Virus record (IMG/VR): IMGVR_UViG_3300017721_001389
Span: 1-32,003 of that record
Strand: one strand, 5' to 3'
DNA length: 32,003 nucleotides
Origin: a virus
Taxonomy: Duplodnaviria; Caudoviricetes
Shown here: positions 9,849 to 18,543 of the stretch, one piece after another
Layout of the letters: each line of letters begins with the position of its first letter
Position numbering within the stretch: the stretch's first letter is position 1
Program-made: the position numbers and the translations under genes
Notes under the pieces: generated by a model
Seen by the model: the letters and a program-made list of their open reading frames with translations, nothing else
Database searches by the model: none
Told to the model about the DNA's origin: nothing

Positions 9849-10498
9849 CCATTTACGAATCCGTCGTATGATGACATAATATTAAAGGCAATCGTGATAC
9901 GTTCTACGTCATCTTTTAGTGGCTTGACGTAATGATCCATATAATAAGGAAACAGTATTACAGTTCCCTCTTTAATATCGTCTAATTCTGAAGTATCGAT
10001 AGACTCTCTGGGGTATAATCCATCAAGGGCAAACCATTCTTTTTCCCTTGTAAAAACAGTTGTGTTTTTAACGTTCTCAGGCATTGAAAGAATGTAGATA
10101 CCTGAAATTAATGAAAAGAAAAGCTTTTTTTGTACCAACTCTTCCGAATATGGTGCGTGATTATGAATTGCCTGAAATTGTCCTCTTTTGTTATAGATTG
10201 AGTACCAAATATCTTCTACAAACGATCCGTTAGGATCTGGTATAGATTTAGGAGATATTTCCTCTGTTTCGTTAGCCATCTCATCTAAGGGCTTGTAAGC
10301 AATCGATTCTAAAATATATTGCTCTTTAAGAAAATCATTGCTTCCTGGTGAGTAGTAATTGGTAGCCACGTCACAATCTTCCCAAGTCTCGCCAATTTGA
10401 CCTTGGTCTATAATTTTTTGGTAAAGATACTCTTTAATCACTTTATGGTTTGGAACTTGGGTGTAAAAAATAAAATCACGCCTAAATTCTTTGTACAT
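9845..10498 (-). CDS. 2OG-Fe(II) oxygenase superfamily protein (TIGR02466 / 2OG-FeII_Oxy_5-like)
   Basis: W-x10-HNH, ISGIYIL, EGTVILFPYYMDHYV and RITIAFNI supply the Fe-binding histidines and the 2OG-binding Arg. Confidence 0.85.
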   Translation of the reverse strand: MYKEFRRDFIFYTQVPNHKVIKEYLYQKIIDQGQIGETWEDCDVATNYYSPGSNDFLKEQYILESIAYKPLDEMANETEEISPKSIPDPNGSFVEDIWYSIYNKRGQFQAIHNHAPYSEELVQKKLFFSLISGIYILSMPENVKNTTVFTREKEWFALDGLYPRESIDTSELDDIKEGTVILFPYYMDHYVKPLKDDVERITIAFNIMSSYDGFVNG

Positions 10499-10526
10499 GG
10501 AGCTAAAAATTCACTACCTATACTAT

Positions 10527-10535
10527 GGTAGCCTA
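10527..10535 (+). promoter_or_regulatory. Putative phage-sigma promoter motif GGTAGCCTA before the endolysin
   Basis: 28 nt before ATG 10555, in a divergent intergenic region that must contain a promoter. Confidence 0.55.
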
Positions 10536-10554
10536 TTTTTCAGCAAACGTAAAC

Positions 10555-11655
10555 ATGACTGACTGGAAAACAATATTGAATATCGCGAAAGACGCAGGAG
10601 CCAAGTTTCCTGAGGTAGTCGCAGCTCAATGGGCATTAGAGAGTGCTTTTGGGACAGCGTTAAGCGGCAAGTTTAATTACTTTGGTATAAAAGGAAGTCC
10701 AGGCACTAAGCATCAAACGAATGAGTGGGACGGCAGTAAATTTATAACAATCGTTGACGAATTTAAAGATTTTCAATCGCCTGAAGAATGCATCCAATAC
10801 TTGGTCAAGCTTTGGTATAACGACTACAAGTCTTACGAAGGAGTGAACAGAGCTGCTGACCCAGAAGAGTGTGCAGAGCTTTTGCAATTAGAAGGTTATG
10901 CCACGGACCCAAGCTATTCCAGAAAACTTATTAATGTCATGAACTTACATAAAAATCAAAGTGAAAGCTTTTTGGAAAGAGCTGCTTATTATTATAGGTC
11001 AGAGGCCCATCAGATTGAAGCCTGGAGGGATCTAGAGGCATCCATAGACAAAGACATACTAGAAACCTTTAAAGAGGCTTACAAGGGCTCTCAGGCTACA
11101 CACAGAGGTAATGTCAAAAACGCTTCAAGTCTTGACGTGCCTTACTACTCTCAACGTGACAGTATCTCCTCTCATGGCGAGCGAATGTGCTTTACAAGTT
11201 CAATGGCAATGGCTATGGACTTTGTTGATCCAATCGCCATGGAAGGCGACGATGATTGGTACTTGAATGTAGTCTTAAGGCATGGCGACACGGTGTCTTC
11301 TGAAGCCCAAGTTAACGCCGCAAGAAGTCTTGGTTACAATGTTTCGTTTTGCATGGATGGCAGTGAGCAAGATTTAATTAGCCAGCTAGACACTGGCATG
11401 CCGGTACCTATTGGCATTCTGCATTCTGGAGCCATTGACAGCCCGTCTGGAGGTGGCCACTGGATCTGCGTCATTGGATACGACGATAAATATTTTTGGG
11501 TGCACGATCCATATGGAGAATTAGACCTAGTCAATGGTGGATTTGTTTCAAAGGCTGCTGAATCTGGCAAATCTCAACGATATTCGCGTAAAAACCTTAT
11601 GAAGCGATGGCTGATTGCTAGTGAATCAGATGGTTGGTACATGAAGTTTGAATAA
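10555..11655 (+). CDS. Endolysin: GH73 glucosaminidase plus C39-like cysteine peptidase
   Basis: GH73 motifs AAQWALES, NYFGIKG and GYATDPSY. C39-like motifs VPYYSQRD...MCFTSS, GGGHWICVIGYD and VHDPYG. ATG 10555 preferred over 10525 because the latter overlaps the putative promoter motif. Confidence 0.85.
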   Translation: MTDWKTILNIAKDAGAKFPEVVAAQWALESAFGTALSGKFNYFGIKGSPGTKHQTNEWDGSKFITIVDEFKDFQSPEECIQYLVKLWYNDYKSYEGVNRAADPEECAELLQLEGYATDPSYSRKLINVMNLHKNQSESFLERAAYYYRSEAHQIEAWRDLEASIDKDILETFKEAYKGSQATHRGNVKNASSLDVPYYSQRDSISSHGERMCFTSSMAMAMDFVDPIAMEGDDDWYLNVVLRHGDTVSSEAQVNAARSLGYNVSFCMDGSEQDLISQLDTGMPVPIGILHSGAIDSPSGGGHWICVIGYDDKYFWVHDPYGELDLVNGGFVSKAAESGKSQRYSRKNLMKRWLIASESDGWYMKFE

Positions 11656-11687
11656 TAGGTATTCTTAATTTGCATTTTGTGGCAGTA

Positions 11688-11900
11688 ATGCAAGCAATTC
11701 TATCTTGGTTGCCTGGATATATGTTTGACGGACATAATTTACGTTCGACTGGATCAGCAATACCTCCAACGCAGCATGTTTCAGAAAAGAATGGGGAAAT
11801 CATCTATTATTGCAGGCCTTTATTCTTCTCAGGGCCAACAGTGGGGATGTACGTCAGGAAACAAGGGATTCTTGACGCCCTACAGCGCGGTGAATGTTAG
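11688..11900 (+). CDS. Hypothetical protein (70 aa)
   Basis: Fills the gap after the lysin. Preceded by GGTATTCTT motif 30 nt upstream. Its stop abuts the convergent gene's stop. Confidence 0.55.
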   Translation: MQAILSWLPGYMFDGHNLRSTGSAIPPTQHVSEKNGEIIYYCRPLFFSGPTVGMYVRKQGILDALQRGEC

Positions 11901-12356
11901 CTAGGCTTCTTCGTTGCCATAATAGAGTCCAGGAATTGTTTCAACCACTTCTTTCAGGTATTGATGCACCAAATCCTCTTCCCAGTCCATCTCCTGGATC
12001 AAAGCATTGCCGATAGCTTCTAGTGCAATAGAGTGATTGTCAGTCCAGTCACCTTCTCTGACGGCGTGATCTCTAAGTTTTTGCACGCTGGTCAAAAGGT
12101 CTAGCTCTATTTGCTGTTGCTTTACATTAGTTGAATTTTGCTGAGTTTGCTTTACGATGTTCTCGTAATAACGCAATCTTTGTGAGTTAATGTTTCTAAG
12201 AAAAAAGTAAGAAATACTGGCGATAACGAAATTTACAAAGGTTTTTAATTTTGTCAAGCATAGATCCACAAATGCAAAACAGCTTTCGTTAAAAGAAATC
12301 AACGCCTGAGAAATATTTAAGGCAATAATGAAAAAACGCTTTCTCATCTCTAACAT
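11901..12356 (-). CDS. Hypothetical protein (151 aa)
   Basis: Starts 9 nt after the helicase stop on the same strand. Hydrophobic N-terminus, helical acidic C-terminus. Confidence 0.7.
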   Translation of the reverse strand: MLEMRKRFFIIALNISQALISFNESCFAFVDLCLTKLKTFVNFVIASISYFFLRNINSQRLRYYENIVKQTQQNSTNVKQQQIELDLLTSVQKLRDHAVREGDWTDNHSIALEAIGNALIQEMDWEEDLVHQYLKEVVETIPGLYYGNEEA

Positions 12357-12365
12357 ATCTTTCTA

Positions 12366-14066
12366 TCAGTTTACCTGTAACAAGGTATTATCAGTCGCTA
12401 CAACGCAATACGGGAAGTCGACGTCAAGAATAGAGCAATCTACGCGTTCTTTCAGACCTTTGACTGCATGACCTTGCCAAATTGCTTGCCTGCCGCGAGT
12501 TTTTGTATGCCATAACTCAAGTTTATTCGTGAAGCGATCAACGTAATTATTGTCTTGATCAACAGACTTTTCTATTTGTTTTCTGACGATCCATACAGCA
12601 TGACTTACGTGAGCCAAAGCGTCAGTTCCACGGATTTGATCAAGGGTAGGAGCACTTTTTGATGACAACGGGTCCATCCCTACACGATTCATTTGTGCCA
12701 AGACAATCAGATCGATCCCCAGCTCTTTGGCTGTGGTCATCAGCTTGTAAGCACGATCTTCCATCATTGCGGAATCTTGGGAAGGAGCACCTCTGTGTCT
12801 GGCAAGACAATGAAAATGATCAATTACCGCTGCTCTCATGTCAGGGTTTTTTGCCTTCATGCTACGCAAAATTGATACTACATTCATTACATCAGCGCCC
12901 CAAGGGGCTTCCACATGGATTTCTCCCCCTGACTGTTGCAAGATGCCCAACGCCATGGAAAGTCTTGCGCCGACCTTCTCTCTTTCGTATTCTTGTGGCT
13001 GCTTTATTTGACCAACACTGGCCCAGTCTGTATTTGGATTTAATAGTCTAGTTGCAGAAGCTGAAATACGAGTCCATATTTCGTCTTCATCTAATTCGGC
13101 TGAAATAAAACCAACCTTCAACCCACCTTTGGCTAGGCCTACCGCAATATTCGCCCCGATAACCGTTTTACCTACGCCTGTTCGTGCAGCCAGAGTAAAC
13201 AAACGCCCTCCGTTAAACATGGTCCCTGGAGGATAGACACCACCTTCCATATCAATGTCAATAGCTGGAATAGAAGTGCTCACAGGCTGTACGGCTCTTT
13301 CTGCTGTCAACACCTTGTCAATCAGTCCCATGCGACCTTGCACGCCAAACAGCATTTCTGCCATGGATTTGGCGTTACCTTGCTGTCCTATCGAACCTCT
13401 CAGCATTCCCAAGCATTCCATAAGCTTTTGCTGCTGAAACTCAATAGTCTTTTCGATCTTGGTGTCAGCACGATTGCTTTGAATGACAGACTGCATAGTC
13501 TCTCTATATATAGCCTTAACTCTTGATTGCCTAAGAAGGTCTAAAGCAACTCCCCATTCAGACTCTGAATCACCGTAGGCGTCCATAGCATCATGGGCAC
13601 TTAGTGTATTAATCGCATCAACAAAAACTACTGGGTCGACAATTCTAGATTCTTTAGGCAAGGCCTGATACTCCCGTATCAACGACTCGCGATTAATTAG
13701 TTCTGAATTTCTTTCGCCAAGAAAGGTTCTGTCAATTTCGTTACTTATAGCGCGAAAAATATTTGTCGAAAACAATGAAGCTGGCAGGGGCTGATCATGC
13801 CCTACGCCAATACTTATTCGCAATTCTGACCATAATTCCTTTGCGACTCCGCTGGGAACACTTAAGGTTCTACATAGAACTATTGCTTCCTGATCGGTTG
13901 TATTTTCGACGCTAACTGCAGTGGTTGGTTGTATCTTCTCTACGATCCTGCTGATTCCAATGATAGTTTCAGTCGCTTCTTTATTGACATCACTTATCTT
14001 GCCGTCAGTCAATGTCAGCAGCCCGAGGTCAACTGCTTGTTGTATGTAGCTTGGTAAATTAGTCAT
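12366..14066 (-). CDS. dnaB: DnaB-like (SF4) replicative helicase
   Basis: Walker A AARTGVGKT, catalytic Glu FISAEL, Walker B AAVIDHFH, motif 3 LIVLAQMNR, motif 4 LDQIRGTDAL, arginine finger KTRG. Confidence 0.92.
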   Translation of the reverse strand: MTNLPSYIQQAVDLGLLTLTDGKISDVNKEATETIIGISRIVEKIQPTTAVSVENTTDQEAIVLCRTLSVPSGVAKELWSELRISIGVGHDQPLPASLFSTNIFRAISNEIDRTFLGERNSELINRESLIREYQALPKESRIVDPVVFVDAINTLSAHDAMDAYGDSESEWGVALDLLRQSRVKAIYRETMQSVIQSNRADTKIEKTIEFQQQKLMECLGMLRGSIGQQGNAKSMAEMLFGVQGRMGLIDKVLTAERAVQPVSTSIPAIDIDMEGGVYPPGTMFNGGRLFTLAARTGVGKTVIGANIAVGLAKGGLKVGFISAELDEDEIWTRISASATRLLNPNTDWASVGQIKQPQEYEREKVGARLSMALGILQQSGGEIHVEAPWGADVMNVVSILRSMKAKNPDMRAAVIDHFHCLARHRGAPSQDSAMMEDRAYKLMTTAKELGIDLIVLAQMNRVGMDPLSSKSAPTLDQIRGTDALAHVSHAVWIVRKQIEKSVDQDNNYVDRFTNKLELWHTKTRGRQAIWQGHAVKGLKERVDCSILDVDFPYCVVATDNTLLQVN

Positions 14067-15091
14067 GCAAACTCAGGTAAATAGTGAAATCTTAAATCGC
14101 CTTGTAGAGACCAGTGAAAAGGCTTGTTTGTTCCTTGGATAAAGACAATCCTCGCTACATTTGCAGGCCTCTCAGGTCTTGTAAAGTCGGTTAAAAATTC
14201 TTGAGCAGAGTCTCTATCATCAAAGGTCATTTGCTCAACCGTGTCAATACTGACCCTGTTGAAATTGTACCACTTAATCCAATGCTTATCATTTGTGCAA
14301 TCAAATCTAGGTTTCATATCTATTTCTCCAGCTCTATAAAAACCTTCAATTCGCTCAAACTTATCGTCCGACAATGCACCTCTTCCGAACACACTTGAAA
14401 TCTTCAAGTTTCCTGCCGTAGGCCACCATTTGTCTTTAGCCAAACCTTTAAGTACCTGCAAAACGAAAGATGGATAATTAGGCCTCTCAATGTGCAATCT
14501 TTTGGCGTGAGTTTCCAAAGCAATAAATGCCATCTTATCAAAAGGTTCTTTCATTTGTAAGTAAATTTCAGGTTTATTTGCGTCCCATACTTCTTTTATT
14601 GCCTGCCAAGATACTTCAGGAGAAACACCACTAGGCTTTCTTTTCGCTTTAGAATCAATAGACGCTTGTATGGTTTCAGGAAGATCTTTTACGGAAATTA
14701 CTTCGTCATTAACATTAACAACGGTTGGCTGAATTAATGAATCATTTGATTCAATCGGCAACAGCAACTGGCACTGTCCATTCGTACAGTTTAAGCCACC
14801 CAGCAGTCGCAGTCTTTCTGTTGACTTCAAAAAAGCACTTTTGCTGATTCCAAGCTCTGTTGCAATTCCAACAAAGCGCCTTGGCAGTGGATCGCTCTTT
14901 CCTTTTCTCGTCAAGCTGTGCAGTTGCATCCACAAAATCTTCGCGCCTGCAGGCCAGTCGCAATTCAAGACTTGATTGGGAACTTGAGTGAAGTTGGACT
15001 CGCATGGAGGCCCAATAATTCTCACGGCAGAAACCTCCTTGTGTTCTTTTGATGACATTGCCAGGTCTTTGCTTTCCCGAAAAGTGTTCAT
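14063..15091 (-). CDS. Phage replication initiator with N-terminal winged HTH
   Basis: FTQVPNQVL...AKILWMQLHSL...IATELGISKSAFLKSTERLRLLGGL is the typical N-terminus of phage initiators. ATGA overlap with the helicase. Adjacent to the iteron cluster. Confidence 0.75.
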   Translation of the reverse strand: MNTFRESKDLAMSSKEHKEVSAVRIIGPPCESNFTQVPNQVLNCDWPAGAKILWMQLHSLTRKGKSDPLPRRFVGIATELGISKSAFLKSTERLRLLGGLNCTNGQCQLLLPIESNDSLIQPTVVNVNDEVISVKDLPETIQASIDSKAKRKPSGVSPEVSWQAIKEVWDANKPEIYLQMKEPFDKMAFIALETHAKRLHIERPNYPSFVLQVLKGLAKDKWWPTAGNLKISSVFGRGALSDDKFERIEGFYRAGEIDMKPRFDCTNDKHWIKWYNFNRVSIDTVEQMTFDDRDSAQEFLTDFTRPERPANVARIVFIQGTNKPFHWSLQGDLRFHYLPEFA

Positions 15092-15234
15092 GGGAACACA
15101 AAAACCTCAGTACTTGACAGGCCGTTTGCCTTTTCAACGTGGGGCGATGGGTCAGACTCCTTTGGAGTGTATCGATCTCCGGTGGTCTGTCCATATTGCT
15201 TAATGAACAAAAGCTAAAGCTTTTTCCTTCAGGG

Positions 15235-15243
15235 TTTTCCACA
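15235..15243 (+). promoter_or_regulatory. DnaA box
   Basis: TTTTCCACA is an exact match to TTWTNCACA and directly abuts the first iteron. Confidence 0.55.
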
Positions 15244-15335
15244 GGACAATTTGTCCACTAGTCGGCCGATTTTGTTGGACTTTTTGTCCACTCGCGTTGG
15301 ACTTTTTGTCCACTGACGTTCGACAATTTGTCCAC
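15244..15335. repeat. Four 15-bp iterons (S-GAC-WW-TTTGTCCAC), putative origin of replication
   Basis: GGACAATTTGTCCAC at 15244, GGACTTTTTGTCCAC at 15277 and 15299, CGACAATTTGTCCAC at 15321. Spacing 33/22/22 bp. Confidence 0.85.
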
Positions 15336-15340
15336 CCCTC

Positions 15341-15375
15341 TTATATATGAATATATTGAATATAAATCCAATACA
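15341..15375. other. AT-rich tract, putative DNA unwinding element
   Basis: TTATATATGAATATATTGAATATAAATCCAATA immediately after the last iteron. Confidence 0.65.
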
Positions 15376-15379
15376 AGAG

Positions 15380-15736
15380 ATGGGCCGTCGAAAAAAAGTA
15401 AGACCAGCCAGCAGCCTGAGTAAGCCAAGGGGGTGGAAAAGCAAGAGTCGGGAGGCTTATGAGCAAGGCGGTAAAGCAATTGGCAGGCTCATGCTTTGGT
15501 CTCCTGAGAAGGAACCCGAGCTGTGGAAGCTCGTCTCAGGGACTCGGATATGGCCCCGGTGGTATCTGTCGGCATTCAGGACTCATTACATTGCTGAAAA
15601 TCCGACTGAGTACAGCTTGTGGAAAAATCGGAAATGGAGAGAAAAGCATCGCAAGCTGGATCAAACGAGATTTCTAGAGGCAGAACACAGAAAGATTTTC
15701 GATGAGCTCTCGACTCGTCCTGTACATTCCGAATAA
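15380..15736 (+). CDS. Hypothetical basic, Trp-rich protein
   Basis: First ORF of the rightward unit. The MGRRKK start is preferred because ATG 15347 lies within the AT-rich tract. Confidence 0.6.
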   Translation: MGRRKKVRPASSLSKPRGWKSKSREAYEQGGKAIGRLMLWSPEKEPELWKLVSGTRIWPRWYLSAFRTHYIAENPTEYSLWKNRKWREKHRKLDQTRFLEAEHRKIFDELSTRPVHSE

Positions 15737-15750
15737 TTGACTCTGATCAA

Positions 15751-16452
15751 ATGTCCGAAATCCCCAATCTTGCTGGCATCGCAACAAAGAATCTTGTCGA
15801 CAAAATCGGTACTGGGCGCTTTGAAGCCAGCTATATCAACTGGGCTCGCACCGTAAACCTTCTTCATCAGCACGCCCCTGGATGGGTTGTCGACTATGTG
15901 TCCAGCCCAGATGGCGGCATTTTGCACAAAGCCCCCAAAGGTGGTTACTTGCTGATCTGTTTTAAAAATATTGACGGGACTGTGACACCGGCCGTTCCGC
16001 AGGCTGTGATGGACAACCGCAATAAGTCAATTGAGTACGAAAACATCTCCTCTCGTGATATCTCCGACACACAACGGCGAGGAATGTGCATGGCTGCTGC
16101 CATGACGTTTGGGCTTGCTTTTGAATTGTGGGCAAAGATGCCAATGGAATCAGGCTACGCAGGGTCTGCAGATGACCAGACGACAGGTCAAACGCTCCCA
16201 AAGAGCCAGACGACTGTGACTACTACCCAGGCCACTGCGGAGGTTGCCAAGGCGTCTGACGTGACTGAGCAAGCATTTAGGGCAAAAGCTCTTGAAATTG
16301 GTGTCAATCCAAATGTTGTCGAAATCCTTGTCGAAAAGCTCGGAGGCAAATTTACAAGTGGCATCGAAACGCTGCAGAAAACAACGGCGGAGGCGTTGAA
16401 CAAAAAGTATGCGCCAAAAAGTGTCCAGCCAGCAGCCGGAGCAGGGTGGTGA
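15751..16452 (+). CDS. Sak3-like (DUF1071) single-strand annealing protein
   Basis: SYINWA...LL...AP, PQAVMDNRNKSI and DISDTQRRGMCMAAAMTFGLAFELW fit the Sak3/Rad52-like family. Confidence 0.8.
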   Translation: MSEIPNLAGIATKNLVDKIGTGRFEASYINWARTVNLLHQHAPGWVVDYVSSPDGGILHKAPKGGYLLICFKNIDGTVTPAVPQAVMDNRNKSIEYENISSRDISDTQRRGMCMAAAMTFGLAFELWAKMPMESGYAGSADDQTTGQTLPKSQTTVTTTQATAEVAKASDVTEQAFRAKALEIGVNPNVVEILVEKLGGKFTSGIETLQKTTAEALNKKYAPKSVQPAAGAGW

Positions 16453-16511
16453 GCTCAGCGAGTTTATTAGATTTTTCGACGGGTTCTTAGTACAATTTTA
16501 ACTATTGCAAC

Positions 16512-16540
16512 TTGACGGATAGGGGGAGGCTTGTCATTAT
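16512..16540 (+). promoter_or_regulatory. Sigma70-type promoter for the RpoD-like sigma gene
   Basis: TTGACG-17 nt-CATTAT with extended TGn, intergenic, 24 nt before the start. Confidence 0.6.
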
Positions 16541-16564
16541 TAAAGGGCAAGATACAAACAATCC

Positions 16565-17461
16565 TTGGCTGACATAATTACAAGTTGGTTAGACAATGCC
16601 AGCCGCTTCCCCGTCCTTCCTCAAGAGCAAATCATTCAACTTGCCAAACGAAGAGATGCTCTTCTTTACAAGGCAGAAAATCTAATTGACGAAGCCGCCA
16701 AAGCCAAATATAAACTAAAGTATCGTAAGCTCGTCAACAAGATTGTTCAGCACAATCTTTTACTAATTCCATCGGTTGTCAGACAGTTTGTCTACAAACG
16801 GCCACACCTTACGATGACTTCAGAGTGCATACCTGATTTGTTTCAGTATGGAGTCACAGGCCTAAATAGAGCCGCAGAAAAATTCGATCCACACAGAGGC
16901 TATACGTTTTCAACCTATGCACTGCCTTGGATTAAGCAATCAGTCGGCAGAGGCGGTCATCTGGAGGAGCGTTTGATATATATTCCTGAGGGCACTGCCC
17001 GTGAAGCTATATATTGGCGAAACTATGGCACCAAAAGTCCTTATAAAGGCGGCACAAAAAATAAGGAAATACTGGGCCAAGCAATACAAGCTATGGGTAT
17101 GGAATCTTTGGACAAACCGCAACAGCAAGAAAAGAATCATGAAAAAGCTACGACATGCTTGATGGAAGTCATTTCTCAGGAGAATTCAATGTATGAAAGT
17201 CACCCTCTCTCCAACGCTTCATTTTGTTTGGACAAATTGTGCGATGACGCAAAACTAAGCAAAATGCATCGTCAAATCATTTTTGGACGATTGAAAGGTC
17301 AACGGTTCCTGATTATTGGTGCCAAAACAAAAATGTCTACCATGAAGGCGAAGACTGAGTATGACAAGGCGATGAGGATCTTACGCAAGCATGTCGGTAA
17401 GCAAAGAAAGACGAACACGCAATATGACTGGAGACAATTAGCAGAAGTTCATTACAATTAG
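16565..17461 (+). CDS. RNA polymerase sigma factor, RpoD/group 2-like
   Basis: Region 1.2 WLDNASRFPVL...IQLAKR. Region 2 HNLLLI, DLFQYGVTGLNRAAEKFDPHRGYTFSTYALPWIKQ. Degenerate region 4. TTG start. Confidence 0.9.
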   Translation: MADIITSWLDNASRFPVLPQEQIIQLAKRRDALLYKAENLIDEAAKAKYKLKYRKLVNKIVQHNLLLIPSVVRQFVYKRPHLTMTSECIPDLFQYGVTGLNRAAEKFDPHRGYTFSTYALPWIKQSVGRGGHLEERLIYIPEGTAREAIYWRNYGTKSPYKGGTKNKEILGQAIQAMGMESLDKPQQQEKNHEKATTCLMEVISQENSMYESHPLSNASFCLDKLCDDAKLSKMHRQIIFGRLKGQRFLIIGAKTKMSTMKAKTEYDKAMRILRKHVGKQRKTNTQYDWRQLAEVHYN

Positions 17462-17486
17462 CCTAAGCCTTTATTTGGACCCCACC

Positions 17487-17840
17487 ATGGCACAAGCAAC
17501 TGTTTCTGGTACCGTCGTCTGCAAAGCAGGCACTGAGCCAGTAACCCTGCGTCAGATCACTGACACTTACAAGGTCGCGGAGTTTTCCGTTCGTGACACT
17601 GAATCTTTCTATCACAAAGGTGATGATCGTCCCGGTCAGTTCTATAAGGTCCAGGTCAGCAGCAAGCAAGCTGAAGGCCTAGTCTCTCGACTGCAACGTG
17701 GTGATTTCGTCTGTGTTTCCGGGCAACTGGTGCAGCGTACCTACAACGACAAGACGTACCTTGATCTGAAAGACGCTCGCGTCAATCAGCCTTGGAAGGA
17801 CAACAAGCCAGCCGAAACGCCAGCTTCTGATCCTTTCTAA
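17487..17840 (+). CDS. ssb: Single-stranded DNA-binding protein
   Basis: OB-fold pattern LQRGDFVCVSGQL and C-terminal DPF tail. ATG at 17487. Confidence 0.88.
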   Translation: MAQATVSGTVVCKAGTEPVTLRQITDTYKVAEFSVRDTESFYHKGDDRPGQFYKVQVSSKQAEGLVSRLQRGDFVCVSGQLVQRTYNDKTYLDLKDARVNQPWKDNKPAETPASDPF

Positions 17841-17847
17841 TTAATTC

Positions 17848-17878
17848 AGCCGTCCTAACGGGCGGCTTTCTTTTTTTT
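17848..17878 (+). terminator. Rho-independent terminator after ssb
   Basis: Stem AGCCGTCC/GGGCGGCT, loop TAAC, followed by TTCTTTTTTTT. Confidence 0.88.
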
Positions 17879-17882
17879 GACT

Positions 17883-18338
17883 ATGAACATAGAAAGCGTC
17901 TACGAGATCTCTGGATCAGTCGGTCTTCTCTATGACGACATCCCACTGTCGACGTTTGCCGACGTCAAACCTTTTATATGGGCAACTCTTCTTTTCAGGG
18001 GCGGAGTAAGGCCTGACGAAGTGATTTATTCAATGTTGCATTTGTGCAACAGCTCTGAGCGTTACACGGATTGGGAAGACTGCCCGCAAGATTATTGCAA
18101 TGTTCCAAGAATCCAATGGCTTGTCGAACAGACGATCGGTCAAATGACAGCGGCTGGAATTCTTCTTTATGACCAAGAAAAAGATCTTTGGGAACTAAAC
18201 TTGGGCGAAAACGATAAAAACTTGCCTACAATTATAAAAGCAGTGGCTGGGGTTGATGGCAGCCTACCTAGCATTATAAGGAGAAAGCTTGAGAGTTCTA
18301 AAGGATGGCACAGTAAGATACAAGAAAGCAGCGATTAA
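17883..18338 (+). CDS. Hypothetical protein
   Basis: About 150-aa ORF in operon orientation. No recognised motif. ATG 17883 preferred over the TTG inside the terminator U-tract. Confidence 0.7.
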   Translation: MNIESVYEISGSVGLLYDDIPLSTFADVKPFIWATLLFRGGVRPDEVIYSMLHLCNSSERYTDWEDCPQDYCNVPRIQWLVEQTIGQMTAAGILLYDQEKDLWELNLGENDKNLPTIIKAVAGVDGSLPSIIRRKLESSKGWHSKIQESSD

Positions 18339-18543
18339 AGCTGCTGAATGGATGCAGCAAGATCCATTGCCAATGCGTTCATTTAAAAAACGCCAGGAGG
18401 TGTATGTTTTTACTGGGGCTGCATGGGAAAAAGGTTCAGTAGTCTTTTCTGACAGGAAAAGTACCAGCGTTTGGCTAGCCAGAAAACAAAAAACAGCTCG
18501 AGTCTGTGACAACCGCAACATTAAACTACCAGAAGAACGATGA
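18289..18543 (+). CDS. Hypothetical basic protein (84 aa)
   Basis: ATGA overlap with the next gene. GGCAGCCTA motif 31 nt upstream of the TTG start. Confidence 0.65.
   Translation: MRVLKDGTVRYKKAAIKAAEWMQQDPLPMRSFKKRQEVYVFTGAAWEKGSVVFSDRKSTSVWLARKQKTARVCDNRNIKLPEER

Noticed and set aside
15244-15335. Palindromic direct repeats as a mini CRISPR array
   Set aside because: Repeats are 15 bp with 7-18 bp gaps, far too short for spacers. No cas genes. The iteron interpretation fits better.
14751-15479. Minus-strand ORFs 14751-15242, 15229-15444 and 15258-15479
   Set aside because: They overlap the initiator or read through the iterons. Their repeated peptides (WTKSPT, VDK) just reflect the DNA repeats.
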